Of a DNA stretch of 64,000 bases, positions 8,698 through 17,396 are shown piece by piece. The notes below the pieces were generated by a model. The model did no database searches. It saw only the letters and a list, made by a program, of their open reading frames with translations, and had not been told where the DNA came from. The stretch's first letter is position 1. Each line of letters begins with the position of its first letter. The DNA lies in the IMG/VR virus record IMGVR_UViG_3300042868_009047. One strand, written 5' to 3'. A program made the position numbers and the translations under genes. The DNA comes from a virus (Duplodnaviria > Caudoviricetes).

Positions 8698-9003
8698 TTA
8701 AATTTCTTTTGGGCCGTACAAAAATTCACCGTTTTCATCCACGCCTTTAACTTGAATCAGATCATCTTTCAATAAATCTTCAAAAGTCTCGGATATGATA
8801 TACTTATTGGTTTTATCAATTAAATACTCTAACTGCCCTTCCATTAAAATGCAAGAACCAGTTTCTTCGTAATTTTCTGTTACGGTTTCAGTTATGAACT
8901 TTTTTAAAATTTTTCGGTCCATAAACAAACCAGCTTTTTTAAAAAAGTTTTCTGAGTCCAAAACATACATAATATGTTTTACGTATTCTGTTATTTCTTT
9001 CAT
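8698..9003 (-). CDS. Hypothetical protein (101 aa)
   Basis: ORF in gene-tiling position with an upstream promoter. Confidence 0.75.
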   Translation of the reverse strand: MKEITEYVKHIMYVLDSENFFKKAGLFMDRKILKKFITETVTENYEETGSCILMEGQLEYLIDKTNKYIISETFEDLLKDDLIQVKGVDENGEFLYGPKEI

Positions 9004-9007
9004 TGTA

Positions 9008-9039
9008 CAATATTAAGGACTATTCCTTAAATAACCAAA
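9008..9039 (-). promoter_or_regulatory. Variant Bacteroidota-type promoter TTTG-N20-TAATATTG
   Basis: TTTG at 9039-9036 and TAATATTG at 9015-9008; the same variant and spacing occur at 61548-61579. Confidence 0.55.
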
Positions 9040-9383
9040 TTTTTACCATAAATTTTTTCAATATCGTCAATATAACCCTTTGACCAACTTTTTAGTATGT
9101 TAAAGTACCTTATGAAATCTTTGTAGTTCTTTCTGTTAATAATAAATGTTTCGGTGTGTGTATCCTCAAACATGGTTTTTGTTTTTGAATTTAAGTAAAG
9201 GCTTCCTATCGAACACTTGTGCTGGTGATCAGCGTCTTGTATCTGATTTACGGACATGTATTCATGATTACCATCTGGTGAGATGTAGTAAATTTTAAAT
9301 TCGTGATTTACATAATCACTCAAGCTGTACTTGCAAATAAACAAACTGTTCATTTGCGTTAATTTAATTGTGAAGTCTTTCAT
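9027..9383 (-). CDS. Hypothetical protein (118 aa)
   Basis: ORF tiling between neighbours; start position uncertain. Confidence 0.65.
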   Translation of the reverse strand: MKDFTIKLTQMNSLFICKYSLSDYVNHEFKIYYISPDGNHEYMSVNQIQDADHQHKCSIGSLYLNSKTKTMFEDTHTETFIINRKNYKDFIRYFNILKSWSKGYIDDIEKIYGKNLVI

Positions 9384-9402
9384 CTTTTTTCCTTTTTTAG
9401 AC

Positions 9403-9410
9403 TATTTATT
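9403..9410 (+). promoter_or_regulatory. Putative late-promoter motif TATTTATT
   Basis: Coding orientation, 48 nt upstream of the plus-strand gene at 9458. Confidence 0.45.
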
Positions 9411-9457
9411 ATTAACTGGAGATAATAAAACGACTTCACTAATAAATACATCAGATT

Positions 9458-9862
9458 ATGACAAAAAAAGTAAGATTCACAGAAAGACAAATAAAAATGC
9501 TTGCGGAAGTAGAGGCTCAAAAATTGAAAAATCCTGTTAATGAGGGTATTGAAGATATGTTGAGTAAACACCTAGGTGATGATGAAGATAAAAAAATTGA
9601 ATATCCTTCACAAGAAGATTTAGAAGGTGGTATAGATTCAGACACTGAAATGGATGGAGATGACACCATTAAAGTTACTGATATGAAAGGTGCTTCAGAA
9701 TTATTAGGTTATTTAGATAAACTAGAAGAAGCGAAATCCGTTTTAAGCAAAATTGCTGCTAAAGAGGATGATGATAACATCAAAGGTAGGATCTACGCAC
9801 ATTACGAAAAAACACAAAAACTAATCTTTGAGTTAATCAAAGAATTTGGAATTGTTCACTAA
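9458..9862 (+). CDS. Acidic hypothetical protein (putative head-internal protein)
   Basis: Clean ORF with leader MTKKVRFTERQIKMLAE...VNE; followed by a terminator. Confidence 0.8.
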   Translation: MTKKVRFTERQIKMLAEVEAQKLKNPVNEGIEDMLSKHLGDDEDKKIEYPSQEDLEGGIDSDTEMDGDDTIKVTDMKGASELLGYLDKLEEAKSVLSKIAAKEDDDNIKGRIYAHYEKTQKLIFELIKEFGIVH

Positions 9863-9870
9863 AAACTTTG

Positions 9871-9895
9871 GGCCCTCTTAACCGAGGGCTTTTTT
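9871..9895 (+). terminator. Rho-independent terminator
   Basis: GCCCTC-TTAACC-GAGGGC followed by TTTTTT. Confidence 0.85.
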
Positions 9896-9915
9896 GTTTA
9901 TTTTAATCCTATTCC

Positions 9916-9931
9916 CCCTATATTTATAGGG
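9916..9931 (+). promoter_or_regulatory. Hairpin CCCTAT-ATTT-ATAGGG containing TATTTATA and overlapping the GTG start
   Basis: Perfect 6-bp inverted repeat whose last G is the first base of the start codon at 9931. Confidence 0.5.
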
Positions 9932-10569
9932 TGTCTAAACCATATAAAATATTATTATATAATAACGGTAAACGTGTTAAAGTTATCGATCAGATCACCA
10001 CGTATAATGAATCCGTTAAGATATATAACCAAATACTGGGTGCCAATGTATGTTTTTTTCCAAAAGAATACGATTGGTTGGGTAAAGAAACTGATTATGA
10101 ATTAGTTTTGATAGGCCCAAAGACAGGTACCTCAATAAGTCATTTTAGGAATGATATGGGTGCACTCGTTAAAGTTAAACCTAAGGGTGATTTTGTTATA
10201 AAGAAAATTAACCCATACCCCATCGAAGAAGTGTTTAAACATAAGAACACTGATCAAAAGCACACGTTTAAATCTTTAGTTAAGAATTTCCTGGTGAATA
10301 GTGGTAACACAAGAGTTATCCTATCTTTCAATAATAAACTTGTTATTGAATATTTTGAAAATGAGAGGCTTGATGTGTTTGTACTTAAAAATCAAGAAGA
10401 CTCGTTAAGATTGAATGAAACCATTAAAGTTTTTACACAAACAAATGGTTTAACAAACTTTATATTTTTTAATGACCCAACAATTGATACTGTAAGAAGG
10501 GTTTATGATGCCTTAGAAGCTAATTATGGGATTTCAAGAGAATGGATGGCTAGAACATCAACAAGGTAA
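9931..10569 (+). CDS. Hypothetical protein (212 aa, GTG start)
   Basis: Long plus-strand ORF, convergent with and directly abutting 10570. Confidence 0.8.
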   Translation: MSKPYKILLYNNGKRVKVIDQITTYNESVKIYNQILGANVCFFPKEYDWLGKETDYELVLIGPKTGTSISHFRNDMGALVKVKPKGDFVIKKINPYPIEEVFKHKNTDQKHTFKSLVKNFLVNSGNTRVILSFNNKLVIEYFENERLDVFVLKNQEDSLRLNETIKVFTQTNGLTNFIFFNDPTIDTVRRVYDALEANYGISREWMARTSTR

Positions 10570-10785
10570 TTAAACTCTTTTAAAAATAAACCTAACATCG
10601 TTTATTATGATCTCAAAGGTTTTTTTAGAGACATACCCATGTATTGTCTTATTTATAAACCTAAAAACCTCTTGTTGTAATACCTCGTGTCTACCTTCAT
10701 TTAATTTAACATAAATTTCGGTATTTTTGTTTTCACCAGTATTTGAGATCGTTGTTGCGATATTATTTATCTGCTCTAATTTCAT
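10570..10785 (-). CDS. Hypothetical protein (71 aa)
   Basis: Overlaps the upstream ORF by 4 nt (ATGA coupling). Confidence 0.7.
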   Translation of the reverse strand: MKLEQINNIATTISNTGENKNTEIYVKLNEGRHEVLQQEVFRFINKTIHGYVSKKTFEIIINDVRFIFKRV

Positions 10786-10988
10786 ATATATCTAAATACT
10801 TTTGATACAAAATTTTTAAATTTTGCCCATCTGGATGGTTCTTTTTTAATGTAATTGTCAAAATTATTAATTTCTTTACCTAAACCTTTTTTTACTGCGT
10901 CAGCATAAGCTTTTTTAGCTTTTTCAATATCAAAATTATCTTTATTTATCTCTTTTTCAAATGTCCTGTAAAGTCTATCGTCTTCCAT
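10782..10988 (-). CDS. Hypothetical protein (68 aa)
   Basis: ORF with TATTTATA at 11001-11008 just upstream. Confidence 0.7.
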   Translation of the reverse strand: MEDDRLYRTFEKEINKDNFDIEKAKKAYADAVKKGLGKEINNFDNYIKKEPSRWAKFKNFVSKVFRYI

Positions 10989-10989
10989 A

Positions 10990-11565
10990 TTATTTTTTTA
11001 TATAAATAGTAAAATCTTCATTTTCCAAATAACCTTGTATCAATTCTGGTTTTGCGATATGCGATAATCGACTAACCATGTCTTCTGGGTTATATAAATT
11101 TAAAGGTGATAAACCAGACCTCTCATCTAAAAAATTAAAGGCCACACCTTTATTACACATTTTATAAGCCAACTCAATTTTCTCAATAACCTCATTCATC
11201 TCAACAAACCAGGTAAAAACACCTGACCCTATTATATAATCAAAGTTACCTTCAACATCACCTATGTCAGAACATATGAATTTATTTGTTGGGTATAATT
11301 GATTTGCGTAGATAATATACTTGTGGTTAATATCAATTCCTGTGTAATCTATACTGTTATGGTTGTTATTAGCCATATAATCGTTTAAATGACCCAATCC
11401 ACAGCCATAATCAAGCAAAGATGAGTTATCTTCTACCCCAATGTCAAATAAGGCCTTAAATCGCTTCTCTTGCGTTTCTTTGGTTGTCCAACCAACAGCC
11501 ATTGGTGTTGTAATTGGGTAATCCTCAAGATACATGTTGTATACGCCAATAATATCACTGTTCAT
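10990..11565 (-). CDS. Class I SAM-dependent methyltransferase (ATG 11565 preferred over TTG 11595)
   Basis: Motif I LLDYGCGLG, post-I YTGIDIN, and DYIIGSGVF. Confidence 0.9.
   Translation of the reverse strand: MNSDIIGVYNMYLEDYPITTPMAVGWTTKETQEKRFKALFDIGVEDNSSLLDYGCGLGHLNDYMANNNHNSIDYTGIDINHKYIIYANQLYPTNKFICSDIGDVEGNFDYIIGSGVFTWFVEMNEVIEKIELAYKMCNKGVAFNFLDERSGLSPLNLYNPEDMVSRLSHIAKPELIQGYLENEDFTIYIKK
11001..11008 (-). promoter_or_regulatory. Putative late-promoter motif TATTTATA
   Basis: 13 nt upstream of ATG 10988, inside the 3' end of the methyltransferase gene. Confidence 0.4.
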
Positions 11566-11899
11566 CTGGTAATTTTGATTCAATGTATAATTCAATAATG
11601 TTTATGTAATAAACAACCCCTGATATAAATGCCGCATCAAAGATAGTAAAAAGAATCTTATCCAACAAACTTAAATTTATTTTACCGAAAAGAATAACTG
11701 TTGGTGAAAACCCTAAAACTGGTACAACAAATAAACCAACCCAAAAACCAAAACACATCATACAACTTAATAAAGAACCCAAAAAAACCGATTTGGCTTT
11801 TATGGTTTCTCTAAATGGTTTAAATAACTTGCTTTGCACAACAATTGATGTTAGACCATAGGATATGAAAATAAAGTATACGAGGGTTATCCAATTCAT
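11555..11899 (-). CDS. Small membrane protein, DUF1360-like
   Basis: Three hydrophobic segments and the motif LLSCMMCFGFWVG (CxxC...W). Confidence 0.7.
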   Translation of the reverse strand: MNWITLVYFIFISYGLTSIVVQSKLFKPFRETIKAKSVFLGSLLSCMMCFGFWVGLFVVPVLGFSPTVILFGKINLSLLDKILFTIFDAAFISGVVYYINIIELYIESKLPDEQ

Positions 11900-11900
11900 T

Positions 11901-12386
11901 TTATTCTTCAGTTTTAGCTATATCAGCTTCAACCTCATTATTTTCGGTGTTTAATTCAGGTTCCTCAGTGATGGGTTCCTCAACTTTCTTAGATCTTTTT
12001 TTACCACCACCCATTATAGATAATGGTGTGTCAAAAGAAAGTTGTTTAAGTTCATCATAACTTAACTTACCAAATAACCCTTTTAGTTCCGTCATTTTTT
12101 CACTGAACAAATCCTGTTTCTTTTGTAGGTCGAGATTATACTCAATTATCCTACTAAAGATGGTATACATCTCTTCAAATGCGAATAAATCACTGAACAT
12201 GATATAGTAGATAAACCCAGTATCCTCGGAAACTTTTTGTTTTTTTAATTTAATTTCTTCTGGCACATGATCTTCAAGTATTGACCAGGTTGGGTCCAAC
12301 CAAAAATCAATAACCCTAACATCAGCGTTAATCCTAAAACCAATAAGGTTATCAGGATATTTTTTAAACATTTCGTCTAATTTCAT
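11901..12386 (-). CDS. Hypothetical protein (161 aa)
   Basis: Tiling ORF with a coiled-coil-like middle and an acidic tail. Confidence 0.8.
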   Translation of the reverse strand: MKLDEMFKKYPDNLIGFRINADVRVIDFWLDPTWSILEDHVPEEIKLKKQKVSEDTGFIYYIMFSDLFAFEEMYTIFSRIIEYNLDLQKKQDLFSEKMTELKGLFGKLSYDELKQLSFDTPLSIMGGGKKRSKKVEEPITEEPELNTENNEVEADIAKTEE

Positions 12387-12592
12387 ATGTTAATTCCGTT
12401 TATAATACATGTTATTATGTAAGAGACAGATAATCCGAGATAGATTAGCTCTTTTTGTGTCAATGTGTATTTTTTAGGTTCAATATCAACAATATTACGG
12501 TAGAATAGGAATATATGTCTTAATATCACCAAAATAGATAATATAAGGCCTGCTAAAAGCACCTTATTGATTAGTCCAAGTAGTATGTCCAT
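12383..12592 (-). CDS. Small two-TM membrane protein (69 aa)
   Basis: Two hydrophobic segments; 4-nt overlap with the next gene. Confidence 0.7.
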   Translation of the reverse strand: MDILLGLINKVLLAGLILSILVILRHIFLFYRNIVDIEPKKYTLTQKELIYLGLSVSYIITCIINGINI

Positions 12593-12634
12593 GATTTTAT
12601 TTTTTTATAAAAATAGGTATAAAAACTGATATTA

Positions 12635-13108
12635 TCAATAATTGTTTAAAAAATACTTATCAAGTGTTTTATATACCTCAAAAAAAAGATCGTGTTCAGA
12701 TTTTGTTTTGGTTATTTCAATTGACATAACGTCATCCCAAAAATTAATGATCTTAGCAAATAAACCTTTTGTTTTAGTGCTATTACCATAATAGATGTCC
12801 ATAAAATAGGCTAAAAAATAGTAATAATGCTCACCCCTTTCCTGGAATAAGATATTTTCCTTTTTGAAGTTGTCTATGTTTTTTTTCCAACACCAGTTAA
12901 AATGATTTACTTGGTCGTCTTGGTAAAGAATAACATCATCACCAAGATAAGTATCTTCGATTATGTATGTTAATGAAATGGAGAAGTCTCTAAATAATTC
13001 AACCTTTTCAGTTGTGATATTATTTATTGTGTTTAAATAGGTTAACTGTTCAAAACTTAATGGTTTTGAAAAGTATTCTAAAAACTTATGTATGTGTCCC
13101 CTACTCAT
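12635..13108 (-). CDS. Hypothetical protein (157 aa)
   Basis: Tiling ORF. Confidence 0.8.
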   Translation of the reverse strand: MSRGHIHKFLEYFSKPLSFEQLTYLNTINNITTEKVELFRDFSISLTYIIEDTYLGDDVILYQDDQVNHFNWCWKKNIDNFKKENILFQERGEHYYYFLAYFMDIYYGNSTKTKGLFAKIINFWDDVMSIEITKTKSEHDLFFEVYKTLDKYFLNNY

Positions 13109-13155
13109 CCCTTATAATAAATAAGGGCCTCATGTTGATGAAGCCCTTATAAATA
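13109..13155 (-). promoter_or_regulatory. Three-arm hairpin element (ATAAGGG / CCCTTAT / ATAAGGG-ATG) with two TATTTAT motifs
   Basis: The middle arm 13121-13127 can pair with 13144-13150 or with 13109-13115, which abuts ATG 13108. TATTTATT lies at 13116-13123 and TATTTATA at 13148-13155. Confidence 0.55.
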
Positions 13156-13188
13156 TAAATTTTAAAAAAAAAATGTAAACTAAATGAC

Positions 13189-16100
13189 TTACAATAATTT
13201 TTTCTTGCTAACGCTTTTCCAGAAAACATCGTTTTCATTACTTTGTTTAGCTTTTTTCTCTTCAAAAATTACGTTTTGATCATAAGAAACCATTTTCATC
13301 ATTTTTTGTATTTCCAATGAAACAACATCTTCTTTCAAAGCATCACTTTTTTCATAAGAAAAATCTTTATCAATGTTAAGTCCTTTTGAACCGTAATCCA
13401 TATCTCTTTCAGGTCTTCTTGCTTTCACAGCATCTTTTAATTTTTTACCACCTTTTGACTCATGGTCAACATTAGCATGATCTTTTGGTGCTAACCCATC
13501 TGTTTCTTTTTCAACTCTATTTTTAAAAGCCTCAGAAGCGTCATTAGTATAATCAAGGTCTAACATATTATTTCTTCCGTGTTGTCTTAAAGCAGCTTCA
13601 TCTTCGAAACTATTGTTTTCGTATTTTTGGTTTTTAAGATTGTCAATTTTTTCTTCAGTTGTTTCTTGTGTTTCCTCAGCGTCTTTCATAGCTTCTTTAT
13701 TTTCTTTTTCAGAAGATTTTTTGTTTTCAGAATCAACATTTTTACCTTTTTTGTCAACAAATTTAGCCAACTCAGCTTCCCCTAAGAAATCTATATCATC
13801 ACCACTGTCAACGTCAAAATTACCCATTTTTTCGATATTTTTTAAGCCACTTTTTTCGATCTTTTTCAAAGCATCCGTTGATGGCTCTTCGTCAGAAAAA
13901 TCATCATCTTCAGTGTCTTTGTATTTACTGTCTTGTTTTTCAGTGTAAGATTTGATAAACTCAGCTTTTTTCATAACTATAGGTTGTGAGTCAGCAACTG
14001 TATCCAAAGCGTCTGTTAAATTATCATCCATCATTAAACCAGTCTTATCTAAGAAACCTCTTTTAGTTGGGGATACTAATAAATTTAATATACTATAATT
14101 TGGATTAACCTCATCTTTATTTACGTTAGGCCCTCTTTCGAATAATCTGTCGCAATACTCTAAATAACTTTCCTCAGGGGTTTTTTGTATAAATTTAATA
14201 AAATTATTAGCGTTAGCGTCTCTGCTTGAGGCACGTTCACTAAAATACTTATTAAATTCAAGTTTAATTTTATCTGAACTTAAAGCTTTAGCCACCGTAC
14301 CCATAGATTTTTCAATAGCGTTCATGAAATTTGTGAAATATTTCATTTCTCTTTCATATTGATCACTAACAGATACATTATCGTCTTCCATATCATCTTC
14401 TTCACTATATTCCATAAGTTTATCTTCTGGTCCTTCAATACCCATTGGTCCAACTGGTGTCATGTCCATTGGAGCTGGTGTCATATCACCTTCTGGTGCA
14501 CCTTCACCTTCTATCTCATTCATCAAGAAATCAAACACATGGCTCAAATTTTCTTTTGTAACAGCCATATGATCAGCAGCCCAATCATGTCCGCTATTTA
14601 AAATAGCTTCAATCTTACCGTGGTCAAATTTCATTAAAACATCGGCTTGTCTTTTGATTTGTTCCAAATTAGAGAAGAACATGTATCTGCTACTGTCTTC
14701 ACTACCTTCTTCTAATTCATTAATTTCATATTTAGCTCTATCTTCTGGGCTCATATAATCTGGGTTTGATCCACCATATTTAGCAAAATTAGTACCATGT
14801 AAATTATCCATATATTTAGAAATACCATCATTTTTTGCCCAATTATTTGAATCATATGGATCAACACCTTTTTTCTTTAAATAACTAGCTGTCACCAAAT
14901 TAAAGTCTTTTGGTGCCCAATCATTATCTTTAATATCCATCACACAATAATCTTTTATAGATTGTTTATCGGTTTCTGCGCTATATTCCCATCCATTAAA
15001 AATTTGACCAGTAGCTTTATTAACAGCAAAATAGTTATAACTTGGGTCTACTTCAAAAGAACCTTCTCCTAAATCCATTTCATTCATCCAACCTTCTTCT
15101 TCCAATTCAACACCATCTCTTTTATCTTTACCAAATTTTTCTTTGGCTTCAAGATAATCTTCCATTGAAAGATCCCATCCCCCTTTTCCATCCTCACTTT
15201 TTTCTTTAACAGCTTTATCAACATGTTCTTTGGCTTGATCATAAGTATGACCCTGTTTAATGCAATATTCTAATTGGTCGTGGATAGCTGGGTTAATACC
15301 CTCAGCTTCATCTACCATTTCACCTTCTTCTTCTAAATATATACCACCTTCTTCTGGATCCACACCAGCGTAATAAGCATCTTCGTACATTGGTTGTTCA
15401 GAGGCCATAGATCCTTTATTGTGATAAGATTCTGAGATATAATTAGCAATTTCGTTGGCACAAGAAGAACCTTCATTCATCATGCAAGATTTTACCATCT
15501 CCATGCAAATTTCAGCATCTTCCATCATTGTTTTACAGTAACCTTCATATGTCTCACCTTCATTTAGTGTTTCAGGTAAAAAACCTTCTTGAACCAAAGT
15601 TTCGTACATGCAGCCTGAAAGTTGTTTATTTTCCATAATACCGCTCATGCATTTTGATGCGAATTCGGGCGTTAATTGTATGTTTTCCATAGTATTTGTA
15701 TTTTCTAAGTTTTTATTTTCTTCTGTATAATTTTCATCCAATAATTCGATGGATTCGTTTAATTGTTCAATAACGGATTCATTGATATTTTCCATTTTAA
15801 CCATATCAATTGTTTCCGCTAAATATTTTTCTCTGATTAATTTTGCAACAAATTCTGGTGACTTACCAGTTTCTTCAGCGATATGAGAGCAATACCCATA
15901 ACAACCCTCACACATTTCTTCTTTTGATTTACCAATAAGTTTGATTGGTTTATCAATAGCGCCTTGTGAGCAATATGGGAATGCAAGACATTTAGGTTCA
16001 ATAGCAACTAGCTGACCACCATTGTAAGCTGGTTTTTGTTTTAAATCACCACCAAACCAATCTAATAAATCACCTTCGGTAACCAAAGCACCTTCAGTAC

Positions 16101-16347
16101 TATATATGTGTTCCTTAACATAACCTTGTGGTGGTATAGCTATTCTACCCACACCAACACCGTTTTTAACACTAGAATCTTTCCATGTTTGAAAAAGTCT
16201 ACTGTTTAATTTCTTTTTTGATATCCTACCCAAAGGACCAATAAACCCACCGTAGTTTGGGCTACCTGGGTCACCTAAGACAGAGGCTGTTGATGTTGCC
16301 TCACCTTCTTCATTTAATAAACTTTTTAAAAAATCCTCTTTTTTCAT
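13189..16347 (-). CDS. Large acidic modular protein (1052 aa), putative head scaffold/internal protein
   Basis: Very Glu/Asp-rich, with recurrent [ILMV]xE motifs and small Cys-containing modules. Confidence 0.85.
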   Translation of the reverse strand: MKKEDFLKSLLNEEGEATSTASVLGDPGSPNYGGFIGPLGRISKKKLNSRLFQTWKDSSVKNGVGVGRIAIPPQGYVKEHIYSTEGALVTEGDLLDWFGGDLKQKPAYNGGQLVAIEPKCLAFPYCSQGAIDKPIKLIGKSKEEMCEGCYGYCSHIAEETGKSPEFVAKLIREKYLAETIDMVKMENINESVIEQLNESIELLDENYTEENKNLENTNTMENIQLTPEFASKCMSGIMENKQLSGCMYETLVQEGFLPETLNEGETYEGYCKTMMEDAEICMEMVKSCMMNEGSSCANEIANYISESYHNKGSMASEQPMYEDAYYAGVDPEEGGIYLEEEGEMVDEAEGINPAIHDQLEYCIKQGHTYDQAKEHVDKAVKEKSEDGKGGWDLSMEDYLEAKEKFGKDKRDGVELEEEGWMNEMDLGEGSFEVDPSYNYFAVNKATGQIFNGWEYSAETDKQSIKDYCVMDIKDNDWAPKDFNLVTASYLKKKGVDPYDSNNWAKNDGISKYMDNLHGTNFAKYGGSNPDYMSPEDRAKYEINELEEGSEDSSRYMFFSNLEQIKRQADVLMKFDHGKIEAILNSGHDWAADHMAVTKENLSHVFDFLMNEIEGEGAPEGDMTPAPMDMTPVGPMGIEGPEDKLMEYSEEDDMEDDNVSVSDQYEREMKYFTNFMNAIEKSMGTVAKALSSDKIKLEFNKYFSERASSRDANANNFIKFIQKTPEESYLEYCDRLFERGPNVNKDEVNPNYSILNLLVSPTKRGFLDKTGLMMDDNLTDALDTVADSQPIVMKKAEFIKSYTEKQDSKYKDTEDDDFSDEEPSTDALKKIEKSGLKNIEKMGNFDVDSGDDIDFLGEAELAKFVDKKGKNVDSENKKSSEKENKEAMKDAEETQETTEEKIDNLKNQKYENNSFEDEAALRQHGRNNMLDLDYTNDASEAFKNRVEKETDGLAPKDHANVDHESKGGKKLKDAVKARRPERDMDYGSKGLNIDKDFSYEKSDALKEDVVSLEIQKMMKMVSYDQNVIFEEKKAKQSNENDVFWKSVSKKKLL

Positions 16348-16685
16348 TAATTGGGTGAATTTCTAAGGTCATTTACCCAGAAACTTCTTCTGGTCCATAA
16401 CTGTTTATATAATTGAACCAACACGTTTCTTGTTATTTCAACCACTTTATTTTCAAAATCTTTGTTACCTTTAAAAGTATCTTTTACAATATCCTTTACC
16501 TTTGTTTCAAACTGAGAACCACGTGTTATGTTTAAGAAATCTTTTATTTCATTCTTAATCAAAACTTTAATATCACTCTTATCCGTTGGGCTAAGTGCTT
16601 CATTAATTGGTGTTTTGTCATCCATTTCAAACAAACATTCTTTCAAATATTGATTTAATTGGCTATCAGTTATTTTAACTTTCAT
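16347..16685 (-). CDS. Hypothetical protein (112 aa), putative virion protein
   Basis: Leader MKVKITDSQLNQYLKE...INE; TAATG coupling to the next gene. Confidence 0.8.
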   Translation of the reverse strand: MKVKITDSQLNQYLKECLFEMDDKTPINEALSPTDKSDIKVLIKNEIKDFLNITRGSQFETKVKDIVKDTFKGNKDFENKVVEITRNVLVQLYKQLWTRRSFWVNDLRNSPN

Positions 16686-16700
16686 GGTGCTTTTTATTAA

Positions 16701-16708
16701 TATAAATA
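16701..16708 (-). promoter_or_regulatory. Putative late-promoter motif TATTTATA
   Basis: Intergenic, 16 nt upstream of ATG 16685. Confidence 0.5.
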
Positions 16709-16726
16709 GTCTTTAAATCGTAAATG

Positions 16727-17134
16727 TTACAATAAAAGTAGTAATGTTAGTATAAAAACTCCACCGCTAGTTATATAGGAAATATTTCTTTGTCTTTTAT
16801 AACCTTTTATATTATGATTTAAATCTGAAATATGTTCGTCTTTTGTTTGAATGACCTTATCTTTAGTGGTTATTATAGTATCTTTTTCCGTTATAATATG
16901 TTTTTGGTCAATGATGATACTATCTTTTTCAACCGACTGTTTGGTTATTAAATTAAGACTATCCCTTGTAACACCTATTTCAGCTTTTAATAACTTATGG
17001 TCCTTTTTGAGGATCAATGCGTTTCTTATTGCCGCACAAGGTACGCAGCAGGTTGAATCACTTAAATTCGTCTGCGAAAGAGCTGGAGAGCTCACCGCTA
17101 GACATAGCATTAATACGATTAATATCTTGTTCAT
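16727..17134 (-). CDS. Secreted coiled-coil protein with C-terminal TM (spanin-like partner)
   Basis: Signal peptide ...PALS|Q, coiled-coil body and hydrophobic C-terminus GGVFILTLLLLL; overlaps the upstream gene by 77 nt. Confidence 0.65.
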   Translation of the reverse strand: MNKILIVLMLCLAVSSPALSQTNLSDSTCCVPCAAIRNALILKKDHKLLKAEIGVTRDSLNLITKQSVEKDSIIIDQKHIITEKDTIITTKDKVIQTKDEHISDLNHNIKGYKRQRNISYITSGGVFILTLLLLL

Positions 17135-17396
17135 GTGCCTTTTTTTCCTTATTTAGTTTATTTTTTAAACCAGCCAACTCAACATTAAATGCTGCGATTT
17201 TAGCATTTCTATTCTCAACGGATTTGTTTAAAGAATCTATTCTTAGATTACTTTTTGTGATTTTTATATTTAATGAATCAATTGTTTTTTGATAGTGGCT
17301 TGTATCGATTACGTTGTTTTTTTTATTAAAAACACTCGTATAGATTAAAAAACCAATACCCAAAAAAAAGATTAAAAAAAGTATATTTTTTTTCAT
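17058..17396 (-). CDS. N-terminally membrane-anchored coiled-coil protein (i-spanin-like)
   Basis: MKKNILFLIFFLGIGFLIY TM segment followed by heptad repeats. Confidence 0.65.
   Translation of the reverse strand: MKKNILFLIFFLGIGFLIYTSVFNKKNNVIDTSHYQKTIDSLNIKITKSNLRIDSLNKSVENRNAKIAAFNVELAGLKNKLNKEKKAHEQDINRINAMSSGELSSSFADEFK

Noticed and set aside
9380-9571. 63-aa minus-strand ORF
   Set aside because: Antisense to the well-supported plus-strand gene 9458..9862, with an atypical composition.
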